A stretch of DNA of 64,000 nucleotides, taken from NCBI GenBank assembly GCA_036172245.1, contig JAYWIR010000021.1, positions 1-64,000 on the forward strand. The letters are read 5' to 3'. Origin of the DNA: Raillietiella orientalis (taxonomy: Eukaryota). A program made the position numbers and the translations under genes. Below the pieces are notes generated by a model that saw only the letters and a program-made list of their open reading frames with translations, did not search any database and was not told the origin of the DNA. Positions within the stretch are counted from its first letter, which is position 1. Each line of letters opens with the position of its first letter. Positions 1-11,904 of this stretch are shown piece after piece.

Positions 1-1697
1 GAGGCCACCTCCTTCACGATGGACTCGATGAACGGCGTGTGGACGATCTCGGGTTGTCCTCGCGCAAAGCGTCACGCGTCGGCGCCGCTCGCGAAGCGCT
101 CACCGCTACCACCGCACAGCTTCCCAGGCAGACCTTGAAGGTGAGTGCCACGAGCTGTGCTCGAGCAAGAACGCCCCCTCTAGGGTATGCTCCCCTCTTC
201 TGTGAGCAGCGAGGTGTCCCTCGGAGGTCGAGATGCACCGAAGTGCCGTCACCATCACGCCTGCGCCGATCACCTTGGGCTGCGACTTCATCTTGTGGGC
301 GGTGGCCCGCCCGTCCGCACTCCAACTTTCCGTTGAAACGGAGCACGTACTCATCGAATACGGCACTTTCGTGGACTGCAGTGGCCTGGCTGCACGGCAC
401 CATTATGACTGCCGGTAATGACAGCCCCCCCGGGGTTACATTTGGGAAACCTTCCGACTTCGGGTATGACGCTGTGGAGCACCACAAGTGAGCGCATCAC
501 CCAAATGTCTTCCGCGTCGCTACAGCGGTCGTCTCGAGGACTTGCACTGGTCTGCCTCTTTCGTGTTTCTTCGGCGCTTGAGGAATTCGCAGTGCGCAAG
601 GCAAGGACGATTGACCGCTGTCCCAGAATCACCATCCTCAAGCATTTCATTCCAGTGACCACCTGGGAAAGAAACGAACCCACTCTCTCCCTTCGTACTG
701 GGGAAACAGGGAAACCGAAGACTGTGAAAGAAACCTGGCTGAGGAGCGAGCTCCCGCACCAAGCGTGGAACGAGTGGACGCAAGCACTCTGTTCCTCTCT
801 CTGCTTCCCCGACCTGAGGCAGTGGCAGAGGCTGACCAGCTCCCAGTTTGCAGCAAGCATCGCGCTTCTATGCAGCATCCACAGAAAAGAAAGACTTTTA
901 GCAAACGGAGAAGGAGAAGGAAGGGAAGTTTCTTCAGTCCAGCGGCCTTCCATCCTACGTCATGGCGGCGTTCAGTTTTGCGAGCGTGCAGCCGTGCAAC
1001 CGACTTCCTCCTCTTTTCCATCTAGGCGTTCCGGCTGACCACACTGCCAGGAGCTTTCCACGCCTTCTGGCGTGCGCAGGTATCCAACTTCACCAAGATG
1101 ACTCCAAGATGCCTCGCAGCCTCGAACCGTGCACTCTCCTCGCAGACCCACTCTCAAAAACCCCCCTCATGAAAGCAGCATTCTTCCCATTGAAGGAATG
1201 CGGGTTGCTGCAGAGGTGATGGAGTGTCTCCCTCTCTGATTTGTTCTTCTTTGATGGGGAGACGGAACCACCTCAGCAAAGAGGGCGGTCTGGCATCCGT
1301 CGACCGCCAGGATGAAAACAAGCGCATCTGTCAGGATAGCCATGCTTCCCGTACAGGAAACTCATTTCCCTGAGGACTCTCTCCGCAGGACTGAATGACT
1401 CCAGTGTCGCACGGATGCTGCGCAACCAGCCATCGAGCTCGCAGCTGTCCCGGATGACGCCGGATCTTCAGTTCACCATACCGAATTCACTATCCGTGCC
1501 CTATTGCACGCGTGTAAGATGGGCCGCTGCGTGAGCTCAAGAAGCGACAGACGCCCCAGAAAGTGATGCCGCCAAAATTTTCTATTGGAGATGCGAAAAG
1601 AGCTCTCCCCACCATCCGCATCGTGGTGGTTATTCATGCTTTGTGCCAGCGCGTATGCACAGTTCTGCAGACGTCAGCCACGTGGAGGAAATCACAT

Positions 1698-2406
1698 TCA
1701 GGAAGGAGCACCTTCCGAGCTGATGGCTCGTGTCTCATTGTAAATGTGGATGAGTCTCTCTCCCACGTGGAATACTGTGCGATGCTTAGCATAGAAGATG
1801 CCCCCCAGCTTTATGATTCCGTCTTCTGGGTGAGTCATTCTGATCAGAGAATCGCAGGTTCCTCCGGATTCCATAGGGGTATCAGCCACCTGAAATCTTC
1901 ATCAACACCTGTGAAGGTGCATCCTTGGACTTACCTTGACGAAGTAGTCACTGGGAGCCAACTGGAAGATTTTCTTGTCAACGGTCAATGTAAACGTAGG
2001 AGCGTCTTTTATGCGGGAACATTCCGTCTACGTGAGAAATGTAATCAAAAGACTATTGAGTTGGAACTCACCCAAGGTGATATTAACGGATTCTTGAGTT
2101 GATAAGGTTCATGAATTTCTATCATCGTAATGTATGTCTCATAATCACTTCTGGATAGACCGATCCACATGTCATCGAAAGTAAAAACCGCAGTGCATGT
2201 TCCTCTGCAGATTGCTTGCGAGCCCAAAGCTGCTCTGGAAGGGAGCAGGAAAAGGTGGCTCTCCATCCGCGCGTACAACATCGTACCTCTCCACAGGAAA
2301 CGACCACGAAGTTTGTCCGGGATTTAGTCTTGATACCCAAGGATTAGCACTCGGTATAATAGGCCTGCCTAAGACGAGTTTTCCAGCATAAGGATGAGGG
2401 TTAGCC
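1698..2406 (-). CDS. Pepsin/cathepsin-D-like (peptidase A1) protein, C-terminal half (exons 6-9); second catalytic DTG motif lost
   Basis: Four phase-compatible exons: 2406-2287, 2234-2072, 2027-1935 and 1889-1698. GT-AG introns are 52, 44 and 45 nt. Translation: ANPHPYAGKLVLG...SWSFPVER/AALGSQAICRGTCTAVFTFDDMWIG...PLISPW/TECSRIKDAPTFTLTVDKKIFQLAPSDYFVK/VADT...CDSLI...IIKLGGIFYAKHRTVFHVGERLIHIY...stop. This follows the A1 C-lobe pattern (GELIFGG, YWQF, C..GCQAIVDTG, C..LP.LTF....F.L...DY, WILGDVF....TVFD). Confidence 0.78.
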
Positions 2407-5400
2407 CTGCAAAGATTATTCATAGTCTGCAGCTCTAACGTACGGTGACCGCGCTCTCCACTAGTTGATCGGGATTTTGGGAATCAATTCACCTTCAGCA
2501 GAGGATAAGGAAAGATCTGTGAACGGCAAAGAACACCGTCCGACAATCGGTGGTCAAAGTGGGGCGAGAAACTTGTGGCATCCTGCTTGACAGTGGAGCA
2601 CCTGATGGGTGACAACCCATGCGCCAACACCTTATGCTGTCACGGGAGAAACACGATTCAGCTAATCCTGTGCTCTGTGTGTGCAGCGCAGGTGGACCGT
2701 CTTCGCCATGTGATTGAAGTGGTCCTCACGGTGCACTCGACCATCCTCGCACTTTGTGACCACAGACGTGTCGTCTGTACGGGACAGGGACAGTCGGACT
2801 TTGCAGCGTTTACGAATGAAGTCATGGAAACACAACTTTCAGATACACAGGAGCATCCTTGGAGACCGCACCATGACAAACAGAGATTGAGCAATCGCTG
2901 AAGCTCACATCAAGGACTCATAACTATATGATTGCTCATCTGGAAATCTTTTAGTGTCTCTGCAGCCCAGCCGGTCGCCTCTCTTCCTGTATGAGTGTCG
3001 CCCGTTTCTGCGAACGTCAACCATCCTGGGTTTCGTTTTCCTCGTCATAGAAACAGAATGCTGCTGGGCCGTCAGCAACGACGCATTTTTGTCCGTGATT
3101 GCTCATCCTCAGTGCATGAAGGGGATGTGCGGAGGGAAAATTGGACCATCACACAGTGCCAGGAGCTCTGTTTCCAGCCCTCCTCCGCAACCCTGCTGGA
3201 ACCCGAGGTCTGCATAGAGTCCCTCGGAAGCCATCTTGTTTGAGATGGGAGCGAAACTCGGAGGAGATAAATCCGTGTGAACAGACGCTGCGTTTGCACC
3301 CCGTTCTCGATGAATCACGGATTTCGCTCTTCCGAGACATTTCCAGGCCGTTTCGATCGCATCGGTTCGAAAAGAGAAACCATCTATGGCGAGCTTCAAT
3401 GGACCGAATGGTGGATCTCCCCTCTGCTGCGAGCGGCGCTCGTAGAGCACCGTGCGACTGCGGTGGGCCCTTGGTCCACCCAACACGAGAAGGTGCCACG
3501 CTCAACCCGCAAAGGCTCTTCGAGTGCTTGCGTGCAGCGAAGGAATGTTCCGTTTAGAACACAACGCGAACGTACGAGCAGCCGAGTGCAAAGAAAGAAA
3601 AGAACGAAGCAGTGAAACTTCTAAGCACATACCTTTGAATCTCAAAAGTAAACGTCGGAGACAGATGCGGATAGATCGACAATATTCGTGAAAACCAGGA
3701 AAGACCTTTGATTTCATGGTTAAGTGCATTAGGAGAAAGTCCCAAGTACCCATGGTATCTTATGTCTCTTACATTCGTATTATGTTGCGAGATCACGAAG
3801 AATTTCTGATTGATGAGCGTCACTGGGAAAACTGGAAGTAAACGGCATTTCAACCTCGGACCCCAGGCATCTGCCTGTCAGCTTTCAGAAGTCACAATTA
3901 CTCGAGGGAGCGGAAGGAAAACGTACGCGGACCCACGAAATGCTGCGCTGACCGAAAACTTTGGCAGCCGCGGTAGCACCTCGAGCAAACTCGTGTCCCT
4001 AAGGCATTCGTTTAGTCACCTCAGGTCACGAGCTTGTTTCAGGCCGTTTTATGGGACAGGCGGTCCAAGCAAGTCGCATTTGGCAGCGTTATGAGATCCG
4101 CATCCCGGGAGCGGCTGTGAGCTCGAGAAAGATACAGAGCTCCAGGCGCCGCCTCATGCCAGTCCGTTCCCCAAATCAGCGGTCCTTCTCCCCGCTCAAA
4201 GTCTCACCCCTTACGTCAAAACTTACGTAAAAGTCATCTTCTGCTACTTGCCCGAAGTAGTCATTATCATGAATAATACGTTGGGACGCATTGAAGCATT
4301 GAAATGTGTAGGAATCTTCCCCGGCAAACAGCTGTCCACCTAGAAATCACGACACGTGAACACAGCAGAGTGCTTTAGAGATCCAACACTCCACCTGGCC
4401 AAGTCTCCAGCACAGAAATGAATTCCGAACCTCCATCAAGATCAAGTATGATGTGTCGACGTGGTACTCCTGCTGAAATTTTCAAATGAAATTCCTAAAA
4501 CGAAGGAACATCAGGAAACACATCCCGTGTTGAGTACGCGTGCTGCAGAGGCACTGAAACTGTTTCGCTCGCTCCGTGAACGAAATCCTACGCGTTCAAA
4601 TGTCCCGGACGCTCATCTCAAGGATAGAAGTCGATCTTTGCGTGTTTGCATGGGCCTTGCAAGGCGTCCATCTTCCGACGTGCCGTCCCGCGTTCAACGA
4701 ATTGTCCACGCCCTCCAGCGAGGAGAGCCCAGTTGCCGCACCTTCGTAGTCTCTGATCCCGTCTGAAGCTGAGACTTCCCACGATTCCCCTCACGACTGC
4801 AGGAGACTCCATTCCCACTGCTCTTCATCGAAAAGCCCTGCGGCCATTTCGGCAGACTTGAGGGACCGATTCCCTCACTCCATTCTGCAGGGGTGTCCCC
4901 CATTGCTTTCCCGAACACCACCCGCAAATGGCTTCAGCAGCGCGCCCTTCACCGACTTCACTTCTTCTTATCGACTTTGTGCAGAACCGCTGCGACACGA
5001 CATGCACGATAGGATGTGTTTTGCCCGGCCTATCGAGCGTGGGGTTCCCTGCCAGCATCCCGGAAAACAGCCGCACGTACTCGATAAGAGGACCGGACTT
5101 TGCGGCGATGCCAGGAAACGCCACTTCAGAACGCCCTGTGCTTTCGAAAAAGCCCCAACGGACAGAAAGTAAACGCCAAAGGGGACACTTCCTTGACCAA
5201 GGAGAAAGAGGGGCGTTAGGCAGCCTAATTTTTCAGATTGCGCGGTTGCCGCAGATGAAGCGGTTGGCTGCCCAGAAACGGAGATGGCAGCAAGCGCGTT
5301 TCAGATGGGCTCCAACACCCTCCCGCGATCAAATACGAAAGCAAATTCAAAACCAATAAAAAAAGAGCCAAAGAAACATTTCGGTGCTTTTACTCACATG

Positions 5401-8400
5401 GAGTTGTGCTAACAGCGGAATTGTGAGATCCACTGGTCGAGCGGTGGGCGAGCCTTCTCGTCCTCTGGGAAGGTGCCTTTGATGCAAATTCGGAGCGTCG
5501 AGCTGACCAGCTGCATCTTGTCCAACCTCCTGACCAGCATGTGGTGCAGCGACGTTCGTTCTACGAAGATGGCAATTTGGAAGAGAAATTTCAAAACAAT
5601 TCTTGGAAACAAAGGCGTTTCCTGCCATGCGCCTGCCAAACCTCGGGAAGAGCAAGCAATGGCCAGAAGAGAAAGAGCAGCGGAAGGCACCATCACAAAT
5701 GGCCAAGAATCACCCGTAGGCATTCCAGGAGTGGATGCGCAATGAAGAACCAGCTACCGTGCGCGTTTCCGGGTCCGTGCTCTTGCAAGTGGCCAGGGAA
5801 GCAGTCGAAATAGAGCAGGGACGAATCGGGCGCTCAAGTCCGGGAAGAAGAGCGAAGGTTGGGAAGCGGCGAGCGCATTTCTCGCTCTTAACGAAAGTTC
5901 GCGCGGAGGAAACGCGGACGCCACTCTTCCAACGTGCAAACCACTTGTTGCGGCCTCCTCGTGCCCGAGGCCCTCGAAATGAATGCAACCAGAAAAAGAG
6001 ATGGTTCGGCATGTCCACTCCGAGCTTTACTGTAAATTCAAGTTTTCTTCTGGATACGCAGTGGCGGTAGATTTCTGGTTCCGCGCCGTGCTCCATGCTC
6101 ACCCGCAAAAATGCACTTTCTCAATGCACAAGAAAAGAGCTCGCAACCACACCTCGGATGGAAATCTCCTTCAGGAGGGAGTCACTGCTTCACCTGTTGT
6201 GTCCGTTGGTCGGTAAGCTGAACAGCAATAGGAATCCCAAGTTCCACAATCTCATTTTTGTTCCTCTGCAGCACTCCTGGTGGCAAGACGTGGAAGTGGC
6301 TGAAAGCAAAGGGAAACCAAGTGAGTTATCGGACGCCACTTCCAAATTCTGACTTTGGTGATTCGCACAGTTCCATCGGGCGCAACGCTGTCTTCCTATT
6401 CCCCCTTTCCCTTCAATGACCCTCAGCTACGGAGCGCGCCATCTTAAGTCGTAAGAAGGCATCGAGCAGGAATGCAAGGTAATGAATGCCTGGGGGAGCT
6501 CCATGCCGCTCCGAACCGGAAAGCATCTCGACGGAAAACCAAGAAAGGAATTGTCTTTTTCCTGCGTTTCCTCCAGCGCAAGAAGCGCATCACGAATGCC
6601 GCGCACCGTTGAAGAACACCTCGCTTCGCGCCGGAAATTTCACGAACCGCCCGGCCCCACCCCACCAATGTCGCCGAGGATTCCCCGGTGGCCAGGCATA
6701 CGCTACTGGCGCTTCCCGATGTCAGTTTACGCGATGAAAGACTGGCGGCTTCCGAAGCTTCGCTATGCCCTCACAGTGCTTTGGAGGCAGAAAAGAAACG
6801 CAGATTAAGAAGCGCACGCTGAGCAAACAGACACACCCCGCAAGACTGACAAGCTCACTTGCTTCGTCGGCTTTTATCTGCACCCGCCCCATGCCGGCGC
6901 GTGTATCTGCATCTTCCTTCGACTTCCGCCTTTGCGACGCGGGCCATTTTTGCACTACGCGGGAAAAAGCCAGAGACCCGGGGAGTGCGTTCGTCTGCAA
7001 GCTAGCGTTGGACTTTCGGTAAAGTAGAAGATCGACAGCGTGTCCCCATTCGATTTCGACCACTTTGCCCTGCTTTCGGGAGATCGTGAACACTCGCAGC
7101 CTTGCATTCCCTTGCCACGCACTCTGGTTCCCATCGCCGGTCTTCTTGCCCTCGAGTACTGTCCGACGTCCGTGGCGCAAGACCCCCCACCCACGAACCC
7201 AACCAGGGACGTTGAATAGAAACGCTTCGAAGCAGTGGTCTCCACGCAAGGAGATGTTGATGGGGACGGCGTGAGCGAATTTCGTACGGCCGTATAACGC
7301 CGAGCAGCCACACCCCGAATGGCAGCCCATCGGCTGCATCCCATGCATGCGTCCGTGCGAATTGCGTTCGCTTTTTGTACAACCGACTGCCAGGGGCGGC
7401 TCGCAAGACGAATTTCGGAACGCAGTCCGCAGGACCGTTTGACGTCTCTCCCCTGCATCCGATTCGGTGACCTCAGGGTCGAAGGGGTACCGAAATTCGA
7501 GGGCATGTGTTCCGATTCGCGTTCTTCTCGCCGCACGCAAAGGCCCGGGAAGACGGTCCACGCATCTTCTGCCACTTGTGGGTTGAGTTTGATTTCATCC
7601 GGTTTCGGACATCCGGCAAGCTTTACAATGGACCAATTGTGTTGATTATGCAGAAGAGAAGAACAAACCAGAACTTGAAATTCGTACCTACTTCCTGCAA
7701 CGCTCCAGCAGTAGCTTTTCCGGCAAGTCGGATGAGAAGATTGCAACACTGGAGACTGGATCTCGCCTGTGTTTCCTGGCTACTCAGCAAGCGGAAGAGA
7801 CACTCGAAATTCACACAGTTGGTTGTGCAAGCAAGAAGATCGAATGTTGTTAAGGGATCAGTCATTACTTAAATCGTCATTTCTTGTTTAACAGTTTTCT
7901 GTAGGAATGAGGAAGAAAGCATTGCGTCAGATCGTCTCCAACAGGTGTTTGTATCTCCTCCCCAGAATTCATCCGAACGTGCCGTCTCGCGATGGAAGTC
8001 TGATCTCCGAAGGGGGAAACTTTTGTCTTCCCGTGAAGGCTGTGCATTCCTCAGTGTGGTCACCGAGAAGGAGCTTTTCGCGTCTGATCCCTGGGGCAAG
8101 AGGAAATTCTTGACCGATGCGACGTGCAATGGCGATCTGGCAGATGAGATGGCACTTCGAGAGCAGTCGTAGAGGCGCGTACAATGAGGAAGAGAAGACC
8201 GTGTCGTCTCTTTTCAGCAGGCGCCTTCATCTTGTGTTGAAAACTTTGTCCCCTTTTCGGGTGTGTGCGTGGCATTCCCAGCCTTGAGGGTGTGCGGCTG
8301 AATCCATTCGAGAATACCACACCACGTAGTGTTCACCGTTGACGACAGGACGGTGAAGAGACATCTCGTCATTCCCAGTCTTAGAAGCCACATCAAGTAG

Positions 8401-9558
8401 CCCTTCTTTCCCTACCAGGCCAGTTTTTCTGTATTGCTGAATTCTGGGCTAAACTTTGGAGGCAGAACTCATCAGATTGAAACATTCTGTGAGGACGGCA
8501 CGCAAGTCAAAGTGGCCATTTCTGTAAATGAAATGCCTTTTGGAGCACCGCGTGCTCTATCGAGGAAAACAGGATCAGCTTTCCGGGATGCGTGCATATT
8601 TTTCGGTTCCAGGAAACTTGGTTCACGTGCGCGCGTCCCGGTTAAGCCCGGCACAGCCGTTCCCGGAAACCTACCGCACTGTGTCCACTCCTGCGGCAAC
8701 AAGCAAGTCCTGCTCGCACCGTTGAGCGTTACGGTCATCTGCGGATGGGAGGCTGCCTGCCGCGCGAGGCGTCGTGGACGTCTGGGAAGAGAGCGCAGGG
8801 TGGGTGGGGCACGACGCGCCACATCCGCAGCAAAACCTTCAAGAGATCTGCCAACTGCTTGGAGAAGCAGCGATCAGGGGATCACCATCGACCTTCGTGC
8901 TTCCTCCCCCACACCACTCAAGGCGTTGAGCAATGCTCGTTGGAAACTTTTGTAAGCGTCGGTTGCGGTCTTCACAAGGGTTTTTTTGGAATGAAAGAAA
9001 GAGTTTTTACGCATTTGCGAGATACTTTCCGTGATGGAAGCAAGTGCGGTTATTTACCTTGCTCCCCCGGTGCATCCTTTTTTTCCGGTAACGGAGTCTT
9101 TATTTGTCCTTATCTAGTGAGGACTTCCACTTTTACCAAAATGGCTATGGTCTGCCTATTGCTTTCGCTGAATGGGTTTTCGAAGACTTCAACGGTCTGC
9201 GCCTTTCAGAGGGAGCTGCTGCTGAAAAGAAATTTAAAGAGTGTTTCTGAGGACTCGGTTGAAATCCTGGTGCGCTTTTGTAGTTGCATTCCGAAATTGT
9301 ACTTCGGGCACATTTCTCTGCTTGGTGTGTTGCGTGAGAATTCACGTTTGTAAGAGTCATAAGTTGGGAGTAACCTTTTACCTTCTGAAAACGCTTCTGT
9401 GAAGATTCTTTGCACCTCTTTTCTACTTCGCTACGCTTCCCTCACGGCTTATTTGGTTCGTACACCCTCGCCCGACACGCACAAATAACGGGGATGAAAA
9501 TGTAAGATGCCCGTCGCGCAAATGCGAGCGCCGCTCACGATGCCTTGGAATTCGGGAC

Positions 9559-9606
9559 TTCGTACGAGCATTCGTACGAACATTCGTACGAGCATTCGTA
9601 CGAGCA
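9559..9606. repeat. Tandem repeat, 4 copies of 12 bp (TTCGTACGAGCA)
   Basis: Units start at 9559, 9571 (one mismatch), 9583 and 9595. Each contains the palindrome TCGTACGA. Confidence 0.95.
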
Positions 9607-9644
9607 ATGTCTCCGTTTACGTAGTTTGCACTTTTTACAGTACG

Positions 9645-10454
9645 CTACAACCATGTGTCACACGATGCGGGAGAATGGCCTCGGGTGGATGATGTCAAGG
9701 AGGTCAAGCACAGACTGAGACGAGCTTCTATCCGGTATTCTTTGTTAGGCCGACGGTGCCTGGGCGACCCTTCTTCTACCTGAGACTCGTAGGGCTGCTC
9801 ATTTACGTAGTTCTCTCTCTGTTGCTGTGACATCGGACGGTGAGGACTTGAACCTTCACTAACGAATTGACGAGATCAAGTGGAAAGCTTCCGGTTTCTC
9901 ATGGTGTACAGCTTGGATTCCAATGTTTTCTGTTCGCAAAGCTGCCAACGTATACATTCGTTCGACGAGTTGCGTGCAAGGCAGGAATTTCACATTGCTT
10001 CTCAATGATCGAACGCCTTCCAAGTTGAAAAACCGGCGAAACTGCCGATTACTCATTTTTCCTTTCTCAGTCAAGTTCTCTAAAGAGATTTGGTTCACTC
10101 GCCTTCTTTACCAGCGTCCGGATGGGAACTATCAGTAAAATGGTATGTCGAGCCGTCCGGGCGGATCGATTTGAAGGGTGGTTGCAGTCTTTGCTTCGTG
10201 TCCGAGGTCTGCACTTCCCTGCACGATGGACTTGCCTCAATAGATGGGTCGCTCACCTTTACCTTGATTACAATCCGAAGAACTTCTCGGACTGATGTTT
10301 CCTACATGGAACTGGATTTCGGGAAGATGGGAATATCTGCACTATCGACACGCAAGCTTGAACAAAAGCACCGACTCGTTTCCTGATGTGTTTCCTTTCC
10401 TTGGATGACCGGATCCGAATTCACTGGCTCCAAGTATGAGAACGTTGGTTCGTC
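9645..10454 (-). CDS. Possible multi-exon hypothetical gene, product unknown
   Basis: Exon-like open segments with splice signals, e.g. tatcag|DEPTFSYLEPV..., and ETSVREVLRIVIKVK|gtgagc followed by a 38-nt intron. ORFs 9645-9833 and 9859-10098 also look coding. No recognisable family and no consistent full model. Confidence 0.2.
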
Positions 10455-11521
10455 CTGATAGATGGATGCGTTAAGTAGCCAAAGATCGGCGCAAGCCTCA
10501 CTTGGAAATACCTTGACCGCCTCCGTGAATCGATGCCTCTATCCGTCCAGAACCCGTTTTTGCAAAGCAACCCTTTGTCACATGCTCCATCAGAGCTAGT
10601 TTTCGTCGAGTAAACAAGGGAATATGCGAAATCGTCTTCGTTTCTTTACCAAAAGTTCGTGCTTTCGTGGTTTCCGCCTTCGGTGCCGCCAACTTGCAAA
10701 ACCTTGGTGGAAAAAACTGCATTCACTACGAATTCCACGACTCCTTTCGCAACGCGCATGCATGCGTTTCGCCGAACGTCATTATGGATTCCTCCCCCGA
10801 GATTCCGCCTTTTCAAAAACGTATCACCTTCGATTTTGGCTCGAAACTCTGGACTTGAGAACCCACTGCATGACTGCCGTGCTGTTCCTCTTGCCGTTCT
10901 CTGCTTCCTTTCGGTTTCCAGAGTCTTGCTCTTCTTCTCTTGGTTGAGGACGACTCCTAAAGTAATCGTGAGAAGTCACCAAAGAGTAGCAACACGGAAT
11001 GTTTCTCGTTTTCTCGCATGAAAGCCAGTATTTTCTTTGTGCAAGGGCTTGGAAGAGTAAGGCATAGTTTCGCGTCTCTCTCCCCCCTCCCCTCCCAAGT
11101 TCACCTATGCTGTGGCAATAGAAACCATTCCATTTGAAAAAGCTTTCTGAGGAAGCGTGGAAACCTTTGAAAAGCGCCATTCCTGTAGCCAGTCGTGCTT
11201 CCATCCTCTGCCTTGGATCGAGATGCAAAAGCTTCCATCGACGCTCGTTTTCCTATTCTTTTTGGGGTCCCCGAAGTATGGTCCGTGAACCCATAAAATA
11301 GAAACAGTCGGTGGGTTCCTTCCCTTCAGGGTTTTTGTTTTTGTTTTTTTTCTTAAAAATAGGACGAGCTCCAGGGAGAAGCGGATCGTCCCGTAAACGG
11401 TGGGGCGTTTCGTTGCAGCAAATGCATGTTTAGGAAATCGAAAAGCTTGGGGGGCCAATGTTTAGGAAATTGAGAAAGTTGCTGGGGGCAGTGGGCAAAG
11501 TCCTGGTCCGTAGTTGTGGCT

Positions 11522-11904
11522 TGCGGAGTGCGCCGCACCCCCGGAGTCGCCGCTGAGGTCTCGACGCGGTAGCGCGACTGCCGTTCGATTCCTGAGGATT
11601 CGTTGTCGTCAGTTCCCCATTTTCAAATGGGGACTGCACTCTCTCATTACTAATGGTCGATGATGAGAATCTGTGCTCGCGCCGGTGAATCATTGGTATG
11701 CGAGCTGAACCAGCGTTCCTGCATCCGAATCGCGCATTCGGTCGCTCGACCCCCCGCTGCCTCCCCCGGGCGTACCCGGGTGGCAACCCCCTACTGCCTC
11801 GAGCGGCGAAACACCCGCTGCGAGGGGTGATCGCCCTTCTTGGATCACGCCGGATCCCAAAGGAAACCACACGGTCGAACAGAACCCGTTTTTTCCCGTT
11901 TTTT
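11522..11904 (+). ncRNA. Candidate structured RNA or hairpin array, family unassigned
   Basis: About 10 consecutive stem-loops in roughly 330 nt. G-U pairs favour the + strand. Two T6 runs follow at 11889-11894 and 11899-11904. Confidence 0.3.

Noticed and set aside
1..1535. Plus-strand multi-exon gene at the window start
   Set aside because: Splice-like signals exist (e.g. 141-183), but I could not establish a consistent frame or a family.
9559..9606. CRISPR-like array
   Set aside because: No spacers, a 12-bp unit, eukaryotic context and no cas genes.
11585..11620. Hammerhead cores (CTGAGGA on +, CTGACGA on -), and U1, RNase P or MRP identity for the hairpin array
   Set aside because: No correctly placed GAAA with stems I-III, no ATACTTACCTG, and no complete P4 pairing.
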